Assembly (NCBI RefSeq): GCF_009834535.1
Contig: NC_045726.1
Coordinates: 4,836,001-4,900,000, forward strand
Source: Camelus ferus
Taxonomy: Eukaryota
Direction of reading: 5' to 3'
Length of the DNA stretch: 64,000 nucleotides
The notes under the pieces were generated by a model. The model worked only from the letters and a program-made list of their open reading frames with translations. It had not been told where the DNA came from and searched no databases. Made by a program: the position numbers and the translations under genes. Of the stretch, positions 1-13,429 are shown piece after piece. Every line of letters begins with the position of its first letter. The stretch's first letter is position 1.

Positions 1-48
1 TTTTGTTTGTTTGTTTTTGGGTGGTTTTTTTTTTTTTTTTTTTTGGTT
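1..48. repeat. T-rich low-complexity tract
   Basis: TTTG repeats and a long T run at the window start; probably the tail of an element outside the window. Confidence 0.8.
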
Positions 49-3000
49 TTAAAAAATGATTTCTTCATGGGAAGATTTAAGATGTGTACCACTACCCTAG
101 GTGGGTAAACCACATTGAAGAATTTGCCTGCAGTCTTTAGAGTCAGCCAAAGACTTTCCATGAATTTTGCTCTATAAAATGCTAACCGTTATATAGTTAA
201 GTTTTTAATGCTTCAACCATGCTCCGAACACTGCCGTGTAAGGTCGCTCAACCCACGTGTGCGCCAAGTGTGAATGACAGGGACAGGACTCACGAGCTGT
301 GATGAATCAGAGAAGTCTCAGAATGAGAAAAGAAACCAGAGTCTTGCTTCAAATGAAAAGAGGTTCTGTTCCCCCAAAGTAAACTGGTCAGTTTTAAAAT
401 TCAGCCTGCGCTGTTCTCAAGAGACTGAAAGCAGTGTCATTCGACAAGAGCCACACAAATGCGGGATCGTCCATCTCCCCCTCTGCCCCAGCAGCCTTGC
501 TCGCTGACGGTGTAGGGGTTTGAGCTGGGAGGCCCAGCGAGGGGAGGTGCCCTGGGCTCCCGCCTACACCTGCCCATCGGGGAGAAGCGGAGGCCGGATG
601 CCTGGATGCCCGGCATGGCTTGGCTGGCAGTTAGACGGCCGATCAGCTGTGCATTTATTTGTGGGTCTAGTGCAGAGCCCGGGAGCTGCGAAGGACCCAC
701 GTGTGCCTGATCTGGGTGGCAGCTGTCCGCCTGGAGGTGGTATGGCCATAACTTGGCCTCTGCCTCCTTCCTATTAATATGTAACAGTCTCATCTGCTCC
801 ATCCTATTTTCTGTTTATTCCGTCTGCCCTTACCAGGCTTTAGAAGTTACTGACTCACCGTGTACAGCTGATGGGCTCAGCCTTGTCCCACCAGCTACAC
901 GTGAATTGCTTCTCTCTGAGTGACACAGCCTGGGAGCCTCACTTGCTTTTCACAAGCCACCAGCCTCCTCACTGTCTTCCTCTCTAGGCTTACTCTTTCT
1001 CATGCGTTTCCTAGGTCTCAGTTTCCCTCAATTCCACAGAATTACATTTCCTTAAAAAAAAAAAATCTAACAAAGAAGCAATACAGTTTGCATATGGCAT
1101 TTCATAGATAATACAGTTTCACTTTTTTACATTTGAAAGGTATTAAAGAAATACTGCTCAGATTTCACAGCAACGCAAATCCTGTTTGGCAGTGGTGTTA
1201 ATGCTGACACGGTGCCAAAATGAACAGTATCAGTGTTAACGTAATAGTTGTGTTGAAGGGATGAAAACATCAAAGAGCGTCAGGATTTACAGTGGCCATG
1301 CCGACGCTGGACGCCCAGCTGATACTGGATGTGTGCTGAAGAGTCACAGAAATGACCGAAGTCAATTCTAGGGTGTTTTTTTTCGTGTGTGACAACGGTC
1401 TATTTTTAAAACTTTTTATGATCTGCAGGCTTTGTTTGCATAGAAGTACTAGGACAAAAGGAAAGTTAAAGGAATTTCAAGACAGCCTTCTCTGTAGCAT
1501 GTCAGTTCAGGAGAACGTTTTGGTGTCAGCCTGTTGGTTCCCCTCCCTCCCTCGTAGCTGCTTTGGGAGAAACGTTCACTACACAGAAATGTCCTGACAA
1601 GCGGGGATCTCACCCGGTCACAGGTGGCCGCTCACTGCTGCGCACGCAGCGCGGGTCACGGTTGCTGGTGGGGATTCTGGAGTCAGAGTCCATCCCGTCC
1701 AGTCCCAGCTCTCCCACTAACAAGTTGGATCTTCTTCCCTCCTTCCTGGCTCCCCTACAAGGTCTCCCCATGTTAAGACGGCCAGTTACGTAAGACCAGG
1801 AGCGTCCTACCTCCAAAGGCAGTTGCCCAGGTGAAGTTAAACCCCGCCCGCAGGTCTTCCCCGAAACGTATGACGTGGTGCGAGTTCGGCACCAGTTTTG
1901 CTGAAACCGTTGAGAGTGTGTCGCCCACGCTGTCAGTCTTACATGTGTTGTCGACAGAAATGAGGGGACAAGTTTTCTTTTCTCTAACAAATGAAGCACT
2001 CACTGAATATTTGTATTTTCAGGACATTTCAGCTCCTCATGCTTTCATTTTCTCAACTTACTTAAAATAGCTCGACGAGAAAAGAGACAAGTTCGGTGAT
2101 TGTATTTTCCGGATTAACTAAAGACCTTTTTCAGATCATTTTAAACTTTTTCACTTTATTTCAATTTTGCACACTTGATATTAAAGTGTCCTTATGATCA
2201 TTTATTTAAATAATATTCCAGTCTTCTCTAATCCGTGTAATTGTAGCCTAAAGATTTATATTACATTTTCCCAAGTATCATTTTTATGTTGCTATTTAAG
2301 TTTTAGTAGTTAGTGTCACTGTATTTTTCATTTTGTTTTTATTCTATCTAGTTTCATAAAAGGATTTTTTAGCTGTGTTAATTTGCTAACACAGTCAGTG
2401 TAATGAAAAGCAAACTAATTGACTTACTGGTGGCAATGACACTTCACCATCTTTCTGAGTCATCAGGTTGAACCCAGTTTGCTGTTAGTTTATTGGTTGC
2501 AGGAGGCAAGGAAATTTACTGTTACTAAATCTCAATTTGACTCTGACAAAGAATTGCCCTGTTTTACTTATCTGCAGCTTTCTCACCTTTTGTCTGTTCA
2601 GACTTTTGGTCAGAAGACTGAGAATAATGAAGAAAATTAACACTATTTTAATTGGTGATTTGGAATGGGTCTTTTGTGGAAGGCCAGTTTGCAAATAACA
2701 ACAGAGCTGAAATTTGAAAGTTGACGTAACCTGCTTTGGTCAGTATTTAAAAAAAAAATGTATTTTGAATGAGCTGATCGTTTCCTTACTGAGTTGACCA
2801 GATGTTTTGTCGTTGAGAGTAACATCCTATTTCCCTCCAGCATAGAAAACTCAATTCATTTTCAGAAACTGTCTTACTCTCAAGAAATGGCATCATGTTT
2901 TTTGAAGGGGAGTATTATGCATTTATTTTGAAAGAAAAAAAACTATCTGCATATGAAGTACCGGTTTTTTGTACTGTTCCTAAGCTTCCCAGTGTTCAAA

Positions 3001-5439
3001 GACTATCGGGAAGAAGGACACGGCTTTGATCTTCCGGCCCGGGTTGGCCGATTCGTGCATTCATTGATCGAGCTCTAATGTGCTGAGTTCTGTTCTGGAA
3101 TCTCGGTACTGGGATTCTGACCATAAAACGGACCAATTTCTTGCTCTTAGGGTACCTGTGTTTTTATTCAGCAAGAGAGGAACGTGAATACATCTGTAGT
3201 CCGAGGACACTGATGCAGATCCCGGTACTAGAAAATGGGTTGCGGCGGCCATAAAAGTACCTTTAAATAGGTCTGAAAATAGTTTTATGACACCTTGATA
3301 CATTTCCACAAGCTTACCAGGAGTAGTTTTGCAATTTTATTAGTTATTTTAATATATTAGAATTAATGAAATTGCCTGTTAGGTATTCATTCATTCATAT
3401 GGTAAACATATTTTTCAACTCAATATGTGGTTAATCATCTAAGAACATTTTGGGGGGCCACTTCTATAAGCCTTTTAGGAAAATAAGTTTGAGCACTAAA
3501 ATTTTGTATCCTGGGAAGTTTGGATAATCCAGCACGACAGAGTCCTTTTAGAAAACGCCATCATATATAGATTTTCTGTAATATTTTATGCTACTAATAT
3601 GAATATTTTAAAAATAAGGAGTTGTTACCAGGACATTTGACCTGTACTCTACAAAACAGCTTCCTGCATTTTCTGGGTGAATTGTCTGGGCGTCTCACAT
3701 CACATATTACTTAATGAAGTAGATGGCTGTAAACATGGTAGGGCGATCCAAAAAACTGTATGTTGAAAACTTGCTAGAAATTATTTCCGTAGCTAAAATC
3801 ACTGGTGCATTCCGAGAAAATACATTACTGACGAACATATCAGAGACCACGCCTGGCACGTGCTTCAGTGATGGCAGGACGTGGGTGGGGGCTGATGTCT
3901 TAATCTCTAGAACGTCCATGAGAAGACACTGATGCTAGATTTTGTTCTCGTGAAGTGTTGCCCCTCAGAACACGTCTAGTAGTAACAGGTGAATCATTCT
4001 ATTAACAAGGAAACATAATACAGGAGAACAGATCATTATTTACCTCCTTATAAATAACTCCTGGAAATGCCTGGGCAGCAGGAAGTCTGCTTTAATTTGT
4101 GTTCGCGTTCATCATATAAAATTGGTACCTCATCCCACTTGTATATTAACGTCTCAGTGTTGCAAACTCCAGGCCAGAAGGGGACTGACTGCATTCAATT
4201 CAGTGATGATGTTTGTATATTCATTCATGTTTGAGAGCGGCCGGGGCAGCTCCTGCAGGTGTGTGGCTGACCTGTAAGAGCAGCTGCAGGGCGAGGACAG
4301 GGTCGTTACTGAATAAATGGTTGTTTCTGCTCTAATAGGAACCACAGAGAAGACAGGTCAGTTAGGACCTAATTAATTTTCTCTCACTATTTGTCAAGCG
4401 TGTAAATCCAGCCATCGCCATGGTATTGATAAGAGATTTTTCAGCCCCTAATTTTTATGGTCTTGGTTGTAATTATCAGAGTGACTAAGAACTACCCCAC
4501 TGCTCTTCCTGTGTGTCTGGATGACCTCCAGGGTCCAAGATGAATGTCCCTCTTTGCCATAATGGGGCTTCTTCTTAGAAAATGGCAGTAATGGTGGGAG
4601 CATTAAAATAACGTATGCCGAATTTCCTCAGCTGTTAATGAGAATTGATGTGATTTGATTTCCCTGTATTGAAACGAGAGTGTCTTCTGATTCACCTTCA
4701 TGCCCCTTGAACTGTTTACCCCCATGACCCACCAGGGTGATGAGTTTATCAGGACGTCCCAGCTGGTGAAGAAAGTTAAGTTATTATCAAGCTTTAACTT
4801 CCTAAGTATACTTCAAGGCAGATCAGGGACAGATGGCTATTCTTAACGGCTTTTATGTTTTCTTAGAGTTCACTGGTATTTTTGGTACTATGTTACAGTA
4901 CATTGTAGTTACTAGCAATAAAAATATTTAGAAAAAAATCAGACCATGTGCGACGCTTAGGGAAAATGACCTAACAGAAGGATTTAAAGTATTCTGTGGT
5001 AAGCCTGGAATTAGCCAGTCTTGGATTTCAGGAAAGTTCTGGAAGCAAAGAAGGGAGTGAAGAGGTCAACTCACGAAATTCTTGAAAGAAAAACTTAAGG
5101 GGCGAGGTAAGGAGCTGTTCCGTGTTCTAGAATTGCTTGCGAGATGCATGCCTGTGTAGTAGACCTTCAGTGGTCCTCAAGTAATAAGACGTTGCTCTGG
5201 AGTTTCTTCGTCTTACTTTTGATGTCTCACTTTTTCTTCCATAGAAAGGATGCAAACGGGGTCGCGATTTCACAGGGACTCACTACTACATATGGAGGTT
5301 TGCTTTCTCTCTTTGTTTGCAGAAAAGCTATATAAAAGCCTGTTTTTAGGATTCTCTGAGCAAACTAGCTAGTCAAACAAACTAGCAAAAACACAATGGC
5401 AGAATACAGCCATGAATTTATTTCCCACTGTGTGCCAGA

Positions 5440-5560
5440 CACAAAAATTATATTTGACCCTCAAAAAAATCCTACGGGGAGGATATTACCTATTTTATGG
5501 ATGAAGAAACCAAAAGTTCAGAGATGTGTTTCAAAGCTGACACAGTTAAAGCCAACTCTC
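5440..5560 (-). mobile_element. MIR SINE fragment
   Basis: attttatggatgaagaaaccaaaagttcagaga...cacag resembles the reverse MIR core (attttacagatgaggaaactgaggc...cacag). Confidence 0.45.
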
Positions 5561-6039
5561 AATATGTTCCTTTTCTGTCATTTTGTCCCACCTCTTACAA
5601 GGTTCTCTCTCAGCATAAAAACGAGAAAGTATTGCAACTTTCTCTGTCTCTTCACTGATGCTGTCCACACGGCGACTGAATGATACTGGAGTAAATGTGG
5701 CTCTTTATCAAGTCCAGAGAACCACCATCATATCTTATTAAATATATGTTTTTGAGCAACGTGCTTGAAAATTGAGACGAATTTTTTTCCTGCCTCACAC
5801 CTGTATTTTCTTTTCTCAACAATAATGGGTTTGGTTCGGTTGTCTCTCAAATACAAATTTCAGTAATAGTTGTGAAAAAATGTTAAATGATCAAACTCTG
5901 TACCAGATCATGACAAAATGACCTTAAAGGGAGGAAAAAATAATTGTTAACTCTAAGGAAACTTTAATAGTGTCAGTAATATAATAGTACCAGAAGCTTC
6001 TGTATGTTTATATGCAATACCTGATATTTAACAGAAATA

Positions 6040-7090
6040 TTTTAGCTGTATCAAGAGATTGAACCATATGATGAAAATCTCAAATGAAAAGCAAACAACA
6101 GAAATACCATACAGGGGAACCAGATACTGGAATGAGCAAAAAATATCCTTTAACATACATGTGGCAAATGTATTCAAAAAATAGAGAAAAATACAGAAAA
6201 CAGATGAGAAGATGGATAATTTCACCAGAAAATTGTAGTCTGTAAAAAGTAACAAGTAGACATTTTAAAGATGAAAATACAGTGAGTGAAGCAAGCAACT
6301 ACTTGTAATGACTTTTCATGCAGCAGATGAGAAAATTAGTGACTTGGAAGAGAGGTCAAATAGAAAAAAATCCAAACTGAATTTCAGAGGGAAAACAGAC
6401 TTGAAAACAGAGGAAATGCAAAAGAGACGGAGGGGATACACTCTCCATGCTCAGCAGACATCACAGGAGTCGGAGGGGAGAAAGGATGTGACGGATGCAA
6501 TAAGTTGGGGGAACAGTAGCTGAGAATGTTCCGAGTTTGATAAAAGACGTCGCCCCGCAGGTTCAGGAGGCTGTGTGAACAGCAGTCAAGATAAGCTGGA
6601 AGAGAGCCCCACGGACACCTCAGGGTGAGCGTGCCGGGAAGCAAAGGCAGGGGGAAGACTCAGAGGCGGCGAGGACCAGGGCTGGGAGACGGTGGACACA
6701 GTGTCCTCAAAGGAGCAATAGTGAAAAAAAGGCTGACAGTGGACTTTGCAATAAAAATGATACAAACCAGATAACAGTGGGGTGATGTCTTTAAAACTGC
6801 TTGGGAGTGTGGCATTACCACCCTTGAATCCTGCACCTGGAGCAAGCCTTCTTCAAGAAAAGAAGGCTGAATAGAGACATTTTTGGAAAAACAGAAAATT
6901 TTTTAATCAACTGGCCTGAATTAAAGTAAATGTTAAGAAGCTTAAAGACAATGATTCCTGATGAAAAATTAGTAAATGCAGAAAAGATGGAGAAAAACAA
7001 ATGACAAACATGCAGGAAATATTGATGAACAGTGATTGCTAAAAACAGCAATAATATCTTGTGGGATTTACAGTATATGACAATGTAACA
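6040..7090 (+). mobile_element. Ancient L1 (L1ME-like) ORF1 region, degraded
   Basis: A-rich plus strand; remnant peptide AADEKISDLEERS (6308 ORF) matches the L1 ORF1p coiled-coil motif AEERISELEDRS; many stops. Confidence 0.7.
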
Positions 7091-8819
7091 CAAAAGGTGG
7101 GGCTGGGGGCAAAGAGAGTCAAAATCTACGGTTTAAGAAATGTTAGTAAAATGTAAAAAAAAAAAATCAGTTGCTTTCCTCTCTGCCATACATCTTAGCA
7201 GCACCTGAGTGTTTTAAAATGCTCTTAAAATTAATATCGTTTAATAAGTGATGATCAGTGAGAAATCTGGAAGTGAACACTTAGCACACACAGATCACTC
7301 TTCCTTCCCTGGGTGCGTCTGTAATGGTAGATAATTCTGTTTCCATCCATAACAGACTTTCTAGTTTTGGGAAAGCAAGAACCCATTCTTGTTTTCCCTT
7401 GTGAAGTGAGTATCCTATTGTTATGAACGTCAATTAGTTAATCCCACAGGGACAACTCAGTGACACCACAGAGACCAGTGATCCTGTGAGTTCTGAGAAA
7501 AGATGTGTGTCAAAGTCTCACTGACTGACTCGCTCTCAGTCTCCTGTCAGGTGGTGTAACACCTCCTTCAGGACTTGCTCCTGCACCCCCAGGGCCCGGG
7601 GTTGCGCCTTGACGTTAACAGATGGACGTGTAGTCCCAGCGTTCCCTACGCAATTTGCTTTACACAAATCTAATAATTACAAAATACTGATTTTTTGCTA
7701 ACTTTGAGAATCAGATTTTGTTTTAGGAATCTCAGAAAAACACTGAAAGAGAGACAGGGCGACCAGCTCTTTTTCATCTTGGTATACAAGAGAATTTGCA
7801 CAACGACAGAGCCCCAGTTACACTGAGTACATCTTCATGAATTTAAAATGCAGCGAGTTTCCTTGTCAAAATGCAGGAAACGTTTTCTTTTTCCTGCATT
7901 TGTTTAGGGAAGGTCATGAATTAGAGGTTAGAAACAAAGGCACTTCTCGTTGGAAAAACCTTGGTTCTTCCGTTGTAACCATGAAGACGAATATTTTATA
8001 CAATTAGCAAGACCGGAGCAATGATTGTAATACGTCTCATGTTATTAAACATTAAGGGAAAATCCACAGAGATCGCAACTTTGCATAAAATCACTTTATA
8101 AATGAATTCTGTTAAGTAAAAATAGTAGACAGTTTACTAAATGGTGAGGCTTGCAGAGAAGAAAGTAGAATCCTCTTTGTGTGGGAAGATTATGATGTTT
8201 AACGAGGAAAATCCTGAATCCTGCTATTCTAAGAATGAGATGATTTTTACTTGAGTAGCTCTTTCCTCACAATTATGGTTTAGAAATCATTTCTTTCTTT
8301 AGGAGATGAATCTGAAATAAATGAACTTACAGTAATGAACTTATAAAAATCGCTTCTGCCAGTAACATCAGGTGCATAGCGCTGAGAAAACCTGTCTCTA
8401 AAATCACACGTCTCCGGGGGAAGGGGACGTGTTACTCTTGTTGGAGAGATTCGAGCCGTGGGGGTCACCATGACACAGAAAAGCGGCTTCTGTCTCCAGA
8501 ACAGGTTCGGAGCTTCAGGTAAGGGGGTTCTGAACGCAATGTTCCACATATCTCTTCACTTCTTATCTCCCGAGGACGTAAGACCCTGAGTTCCCTTCCA
8601 GCACTGGTGGTGGTCAGATTATGATGTTCCTAAAAATCTAAAAAAAATATCCTAACAGGATGTGGCCAAAGTTGGATAAACGACCCTTTCCAAGGCCACG
8701 CTGTGTCTGAAAAGCGACAACCACTTCCCTTCTTTCCACTGACGGCCTCTTTCTCACCAGTGACCCCCTCAGCCGCACTCTGTCCCTCCTGACTCCTGAG
8801 CTGAGGTACCAACTCCTAA

Positions 8820-8945
8820 GCCACCCGCACACTGCCCACGGGCCCCCCCCTTCCCCAGCCCCGGCTGACGCATCGGCTGTGCGCACGCCCTTTAGCGAGA
8901 CCCCGGCCCCAGCCCTCGGCCGCAGCCCCCGCCCCAGTTCCACAT
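8820..8945. promoter_or_regulatory. Small CpG/GC-rich patch with GC box and minus-strand G-quadruplex potential
   Basis: About 12 CpG in 120 bp (manual count); CCGCCC; C-runs ccccggccccagccc...cccccgcccc. Confidence 0.35.
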
Positions 8946-10287
8946 CTCAGCCGTCCAGGTTCCTCTGCTCACGCTGTCCCCTGATGCAGCAAATTAGTAC
9001 CCAACAAAACTAAGTAAGTTTGACAGTATTTTCCCTGCAGTTCTTTTCTGTGCTATTTTATATTAACTTTGCCCTAAAGTGAAATACGTTGCAAAACCCA
9101 CATTTTTTTTCTGGGAGGTAAACTCGATGGCAGCAATCATTTTACCTTTCTTTGGATATTTACATAAACATATGCCTGCAAGCCTTTGGGGGAAAAGAAA
9201 AAGAAGCTAGCTTGTTCTGGCAGGAATCGTAATTAGTGATTCTCCAGGAAATATTTAGAAGCTCTGTTTGTGGGTGTCTGTGGTGAATATTTTTCAGAAG
9301 TGCTGACGGATGTAAAATGGGTCAGCAGTGCAGGCGTAATGTGGTGTCTAGATTTTCTGGATTTTCAGGGAGGAGAGAATAGCGAGGCGTGTCACAGAAG
9401 CAGTCCTGGGGAGCTTGGTGTTTTCCCTTGTGGGTCGGTGAGTGGAGGTGGTTTCTGAACACCTGCAAGGAAAGATCACCTGGGCCTGGACCTCGGAAGA
9501 GTAAACTGGAGAACTGGATGGACGAGTGAAGCAGTGAGTTGGTTGTGAGAAGCCGCTGATCAGAACTAGGGGACGTGGACCCTGATGGAGAAGCCAGTGT
9601 GCCCTGGGGTGGAGGGTCCGCATGTCAGCAGGGCTCCCCAGACCCTCTTATGACGGCGTCCACCGGGGAGTGGCCGGGCTCACCTCCAGCAGGGCGCAGA
9701 GAACCTGCAGCTGCTCTGGGTGGATTCCCTCTGCTCGGTCTGCAGGTGCCAGAGCTGAGCTTGAGCCTCCGGCTCTCAGATACGGTGAGTCAGCCTGGGG
9801 AATTCTGCGCAGACTCAGACCCTGGGAACCTCAGTGTGTGACAAAGGCGGCGGTGATGGGCCACACGTGCAGTCACGTGGTGAGCGAGCAGGGAGGACAA
9901 GATGAGCTCTAGCGGGTGATACTGCTTCCTTCACTGCTGATTTCTCGGCATCTGTGTGCCCCCAATTTTTCGCTACTCTGTGTTTTAACCTAGCTCCTCG
10001 ATAAACAGGGCAATTTAGAGCCCAGAGGCAGCTTCTTTGAGGACCCTGTGCAGAACTGAACACAAAAGCAAACGGCAGAAAAAGGATCCTAGAGGGAAAC
10101 AAACATTTAAAATGCTTTTTTGGATCCTTTGACCTTGATTTTTGTAATTCAGCCAAGAGTATATTTACACGTGAGTCACACCGACTCCTGCCCGCCCGCC
10201 CGTCTCTCCCCACTTCTTTCATCTTTCATTTGAATCACTCACGTTCTTCTCTTCCCTGGTTTTCCTCTTCAGACTCTATTGGACCTC

Positions 10288-10410
10288 AATTTATTTATTT
10301 TATTTTTATTTTTATTTAAGTAGAGTCAATTTACGGTGTTAGTTTCTGGGGTACAGCTTATACATATATATTCACATATATACACGTGTACATATATATT
10401 CCTTCAGGGT
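10288..10410 (-). mobile_element. 5'-truncated artiodactyl/camelid L1 3' end
   Basis: T-rich tail followed by aagtagagtcaatttacggtgttagtttctggggtacag, matching the reverse L1 3' terminus. Confidence 0.7.
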
Positions 10411-13400
10411 CTAGTCATGTTTCTTGATGTTATTTGAGTTCAGAAAAGAAATGAATGTGATGATGGAGCTAAACAGAACAGAATGACGCAAAATGAGAAG
10501 TGTGTCTGCACCTCCCTCCCCATTCCTACCGTGTGCTCCTTCGAGTCAGTCACTTTTAATTATTTCTGATGTCAGTTCCTCTGTTTGTCACCTCTCCAAA
10601 TAATGTAAATTACATGAATTTGGAGGGTTTTGGAGCGATGACTATGTCTCTTATTTCTTCCTTATGTTTAGAGACACTTAAATGTAAGGATCAAAGGCTA
10701 ATGATGAAAAGAGCAACTGGATGGAATAGTAACTCAGAGTTGGTTTTGATTCTAATTAGTTTTTCTAGTGCTTACCCCCTAGTCTAGACTTTAGAACAAC
10801 TCACTTGAGGGAGTGTTTGAAACTACAGAGAGAGAGAAAAATACCAAACTTCTACCTAGAAGCATTGTTTCACATATGCTTAATGAGGATCTAGTATATA
10901 GTTACATTGGTTCCGAATTCTGGAACATTTCACTCATAACTGTTTAGAACTTCCAGAATAAAATATTAGAAAGATGAAGTTTAAAGTATTTTGAAAACAC
11001 TTATTTATAGACACTTTATATCCAAGTTTCTGCAGCACTGTAGCAGAGATCTCCTCTTTACCTGCTTCTCAGAGCTAATCCATCGCCCACGTAAGTATTG
11101 TGTTATCAGCGTTGCTAATCCAACCACTAAGAGCGAGGTAGCAGATTAAGTAGAAAATCTTCACAGAAAGTCTTAGAGCGAAATAAACAGTAAGGCGAAG
11201 TTGCCTGCCATTAAAAGTACTGTCAGCACTCTACCCCTTTCACTATACTTCATCTTAAAATATGTAAGGACATAAATTAAATCGATATGTATTTTTCATT
11301 CCCGACCCAGTCTGTGTTCCTCCAAGTCAGTGGGCAGGGGAATAGTCACAAGACAGATTGTTTGTCTTTGCTTTGTTGTGGGCTATTTGTCACTGTAACA
11401 TATGGAAATTGAAAAGAGCCATCTTTGGTATCATTCTTCAACAATGTATTCCCTTTTGTCGCTATTCTGCACATTGTATTTTCTTTCAAAAAACAAACAC
11501 ATTTTAGAGGGTCCATTTTTGAGACGTTTGAAAAGGGCTTTTACAGCATTTGTACACTAGGAAGGGCTTCTTAAGTTCACAAAGAGTGATTCAGTAGACT
11601 AATTTGGCAAGAGAGTGTTGGTCTTCCTCTTCCTTCTGAATCTGTTTTTAAGAGGCAGTCTACTTGTACGTGTGCAATAATTTGAATCTGTGATTATTTG
11701 GGGGCAGAGACATCAGCTAACTAGGATAATTAAGAAATTTTTAGTTCTATCATTTTAAAAAAATGTACAGCTGACTTTCAAGGTGACCGTTTCTAGTTTG
11801 CAGCGCGTAACATTTGCCCGTGTACACAGAGATTTATTCGAAGTAAGCAAAAGTAACATCTGGAAAAGCGGGTGGTGTGCACGCTCTAAATATCTCGATT
11901 TCTTATTTGCCACTATTTATGAGAGAAATTTGACATCTTCTGCTTTCAGAGGTTTAATGGAACCCCTTGAACAGCTGGATGAGAACACAAAACAAAGTGG
12001 GTGCAGCTTACGTGTGGAATATGGGAATATGCAAAAGTATTTAATCACAAAACTAAGCTAAGTGAGATGCTTTTAAAGGACGATGGAAAAGAAGAGTTCT
12101 TGCCCGCTGACTTAGAAAAGACTTAAAAATATTCCTTGGAAAAGTCTTGGCTTCCCTTGGAAGGTCATCTACATTCTGCCGGCTTCTGTAGGTGACACGT
12201 GACACCGGTGGCCATTGTTAAGTCGGTGTGGCTGCATGAAGGTTGCAGGAACAGGTCAGGCAGGCTCCGCCCCACGTGGGCTTGGTGCGCAAAGAATTGG
12301 TTGTAATCACTGAAGAGCACAGCCCGTGACTCCTGAGAACTTACCAGCAATGAGGGTAATTCCTAAAGACTGAAAAAAGGCAAACGTAGAGACCCTGAGG
12401 AAAAAGGAGGCTGGATGAGGGTAAAAGCAGCTTTCAAAACACTTGGAAATATGTCACATAGTAATAACTCGTCTAAGCTGACAAGTTCTGTCAAGTTAAA
12501 CTGCCTTTTTTTTTTTTTTGTATGAAAGTGATCTCCTTAGAAGGTAAGGGACGGGGAGCAAAAGGTAATAAGATTTCACCTTAGTGGGCCTAAGTTTTTA
12601 TCTCAGAGGATGTCTGTCAAAATATTGTAGAAATACAGTTTAGATCAAAGAGGTGTTAGGTTAAAGCAGATGTGAATGGCAGGAAGATGAAATAAAGTCT
12701 GTTCTAAGTAACTTAAAAGTAAGGAAGTAACTGAAATGCAGTGAGGGGTTGGTGATCATGTTGTCTTATTTGTTGTGTTAGTTAAGGACTTAGATTAGAG
12801 AATATGTATTATGTCCATTAAACACGGTAATTCTTCCAAGTTGATGAGCAATTTGGTGTAATAGAGGGTGATAAATATAATGATGTAGGTATGAGAGACT
12901 CTGCTTGGGAAAAAATGACCTGAGCGGGTACATCGTCAGTAAAAATTGTACTTCCAGAAGTGATGCAGAAAATGATCACGTGGCAGATACGGATAAGGAA
13001 GATATTAGAAATTATGACTAGCAGTCTGGAAGGTCGGAGCCCTTACATTCAGCACGGATCACCCTGCACCCTCCCCCGCCAGCAAGCCGTGTGCAAATGA
13101 CATTTCAGAAAGGACTCCAATTGGAAGAAAGGAGATGCAGTGGGAGAAGTTTGGGGAGAGGCAGAGTGTGTTCATTTTACTGGGTGGGCAATTTCAGCTC
13201 GATGATTTACAGGGAGGATGGAAACTGGGAGAGGCGCAGGAAAGAGACATAATAAGAAATAGGAAATGAGCTGATAAGGAAAGGAAATTTCACTTGGGGC
13301 GAAATATAAAGTGGAACTAAGTAGGTAGGACCGAGTGAGTACCTATGGTGATGAGACACTGATGCTTATCAGCTAACTCTGGTCTCCCTGGTCTCTTTAG

Positions 13401-13429
13401 AGATCAGTGTGGCTTTAAAGTAGCAGAAA

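Noticed and set aside
2071-2095. Short purine-rich exon-like stretch (LDEKRDKF / RREKRQVR)
   Set aside because: Weak donor (gtgatt) and 25-nt length; I could not link it to any known protein.
5032-5106. Plus-strand coding exon (ttggatttcag / GAG|gtaagg)
   Set aside because: Stop codons in all three frames and only a modest pyrimidine tract.
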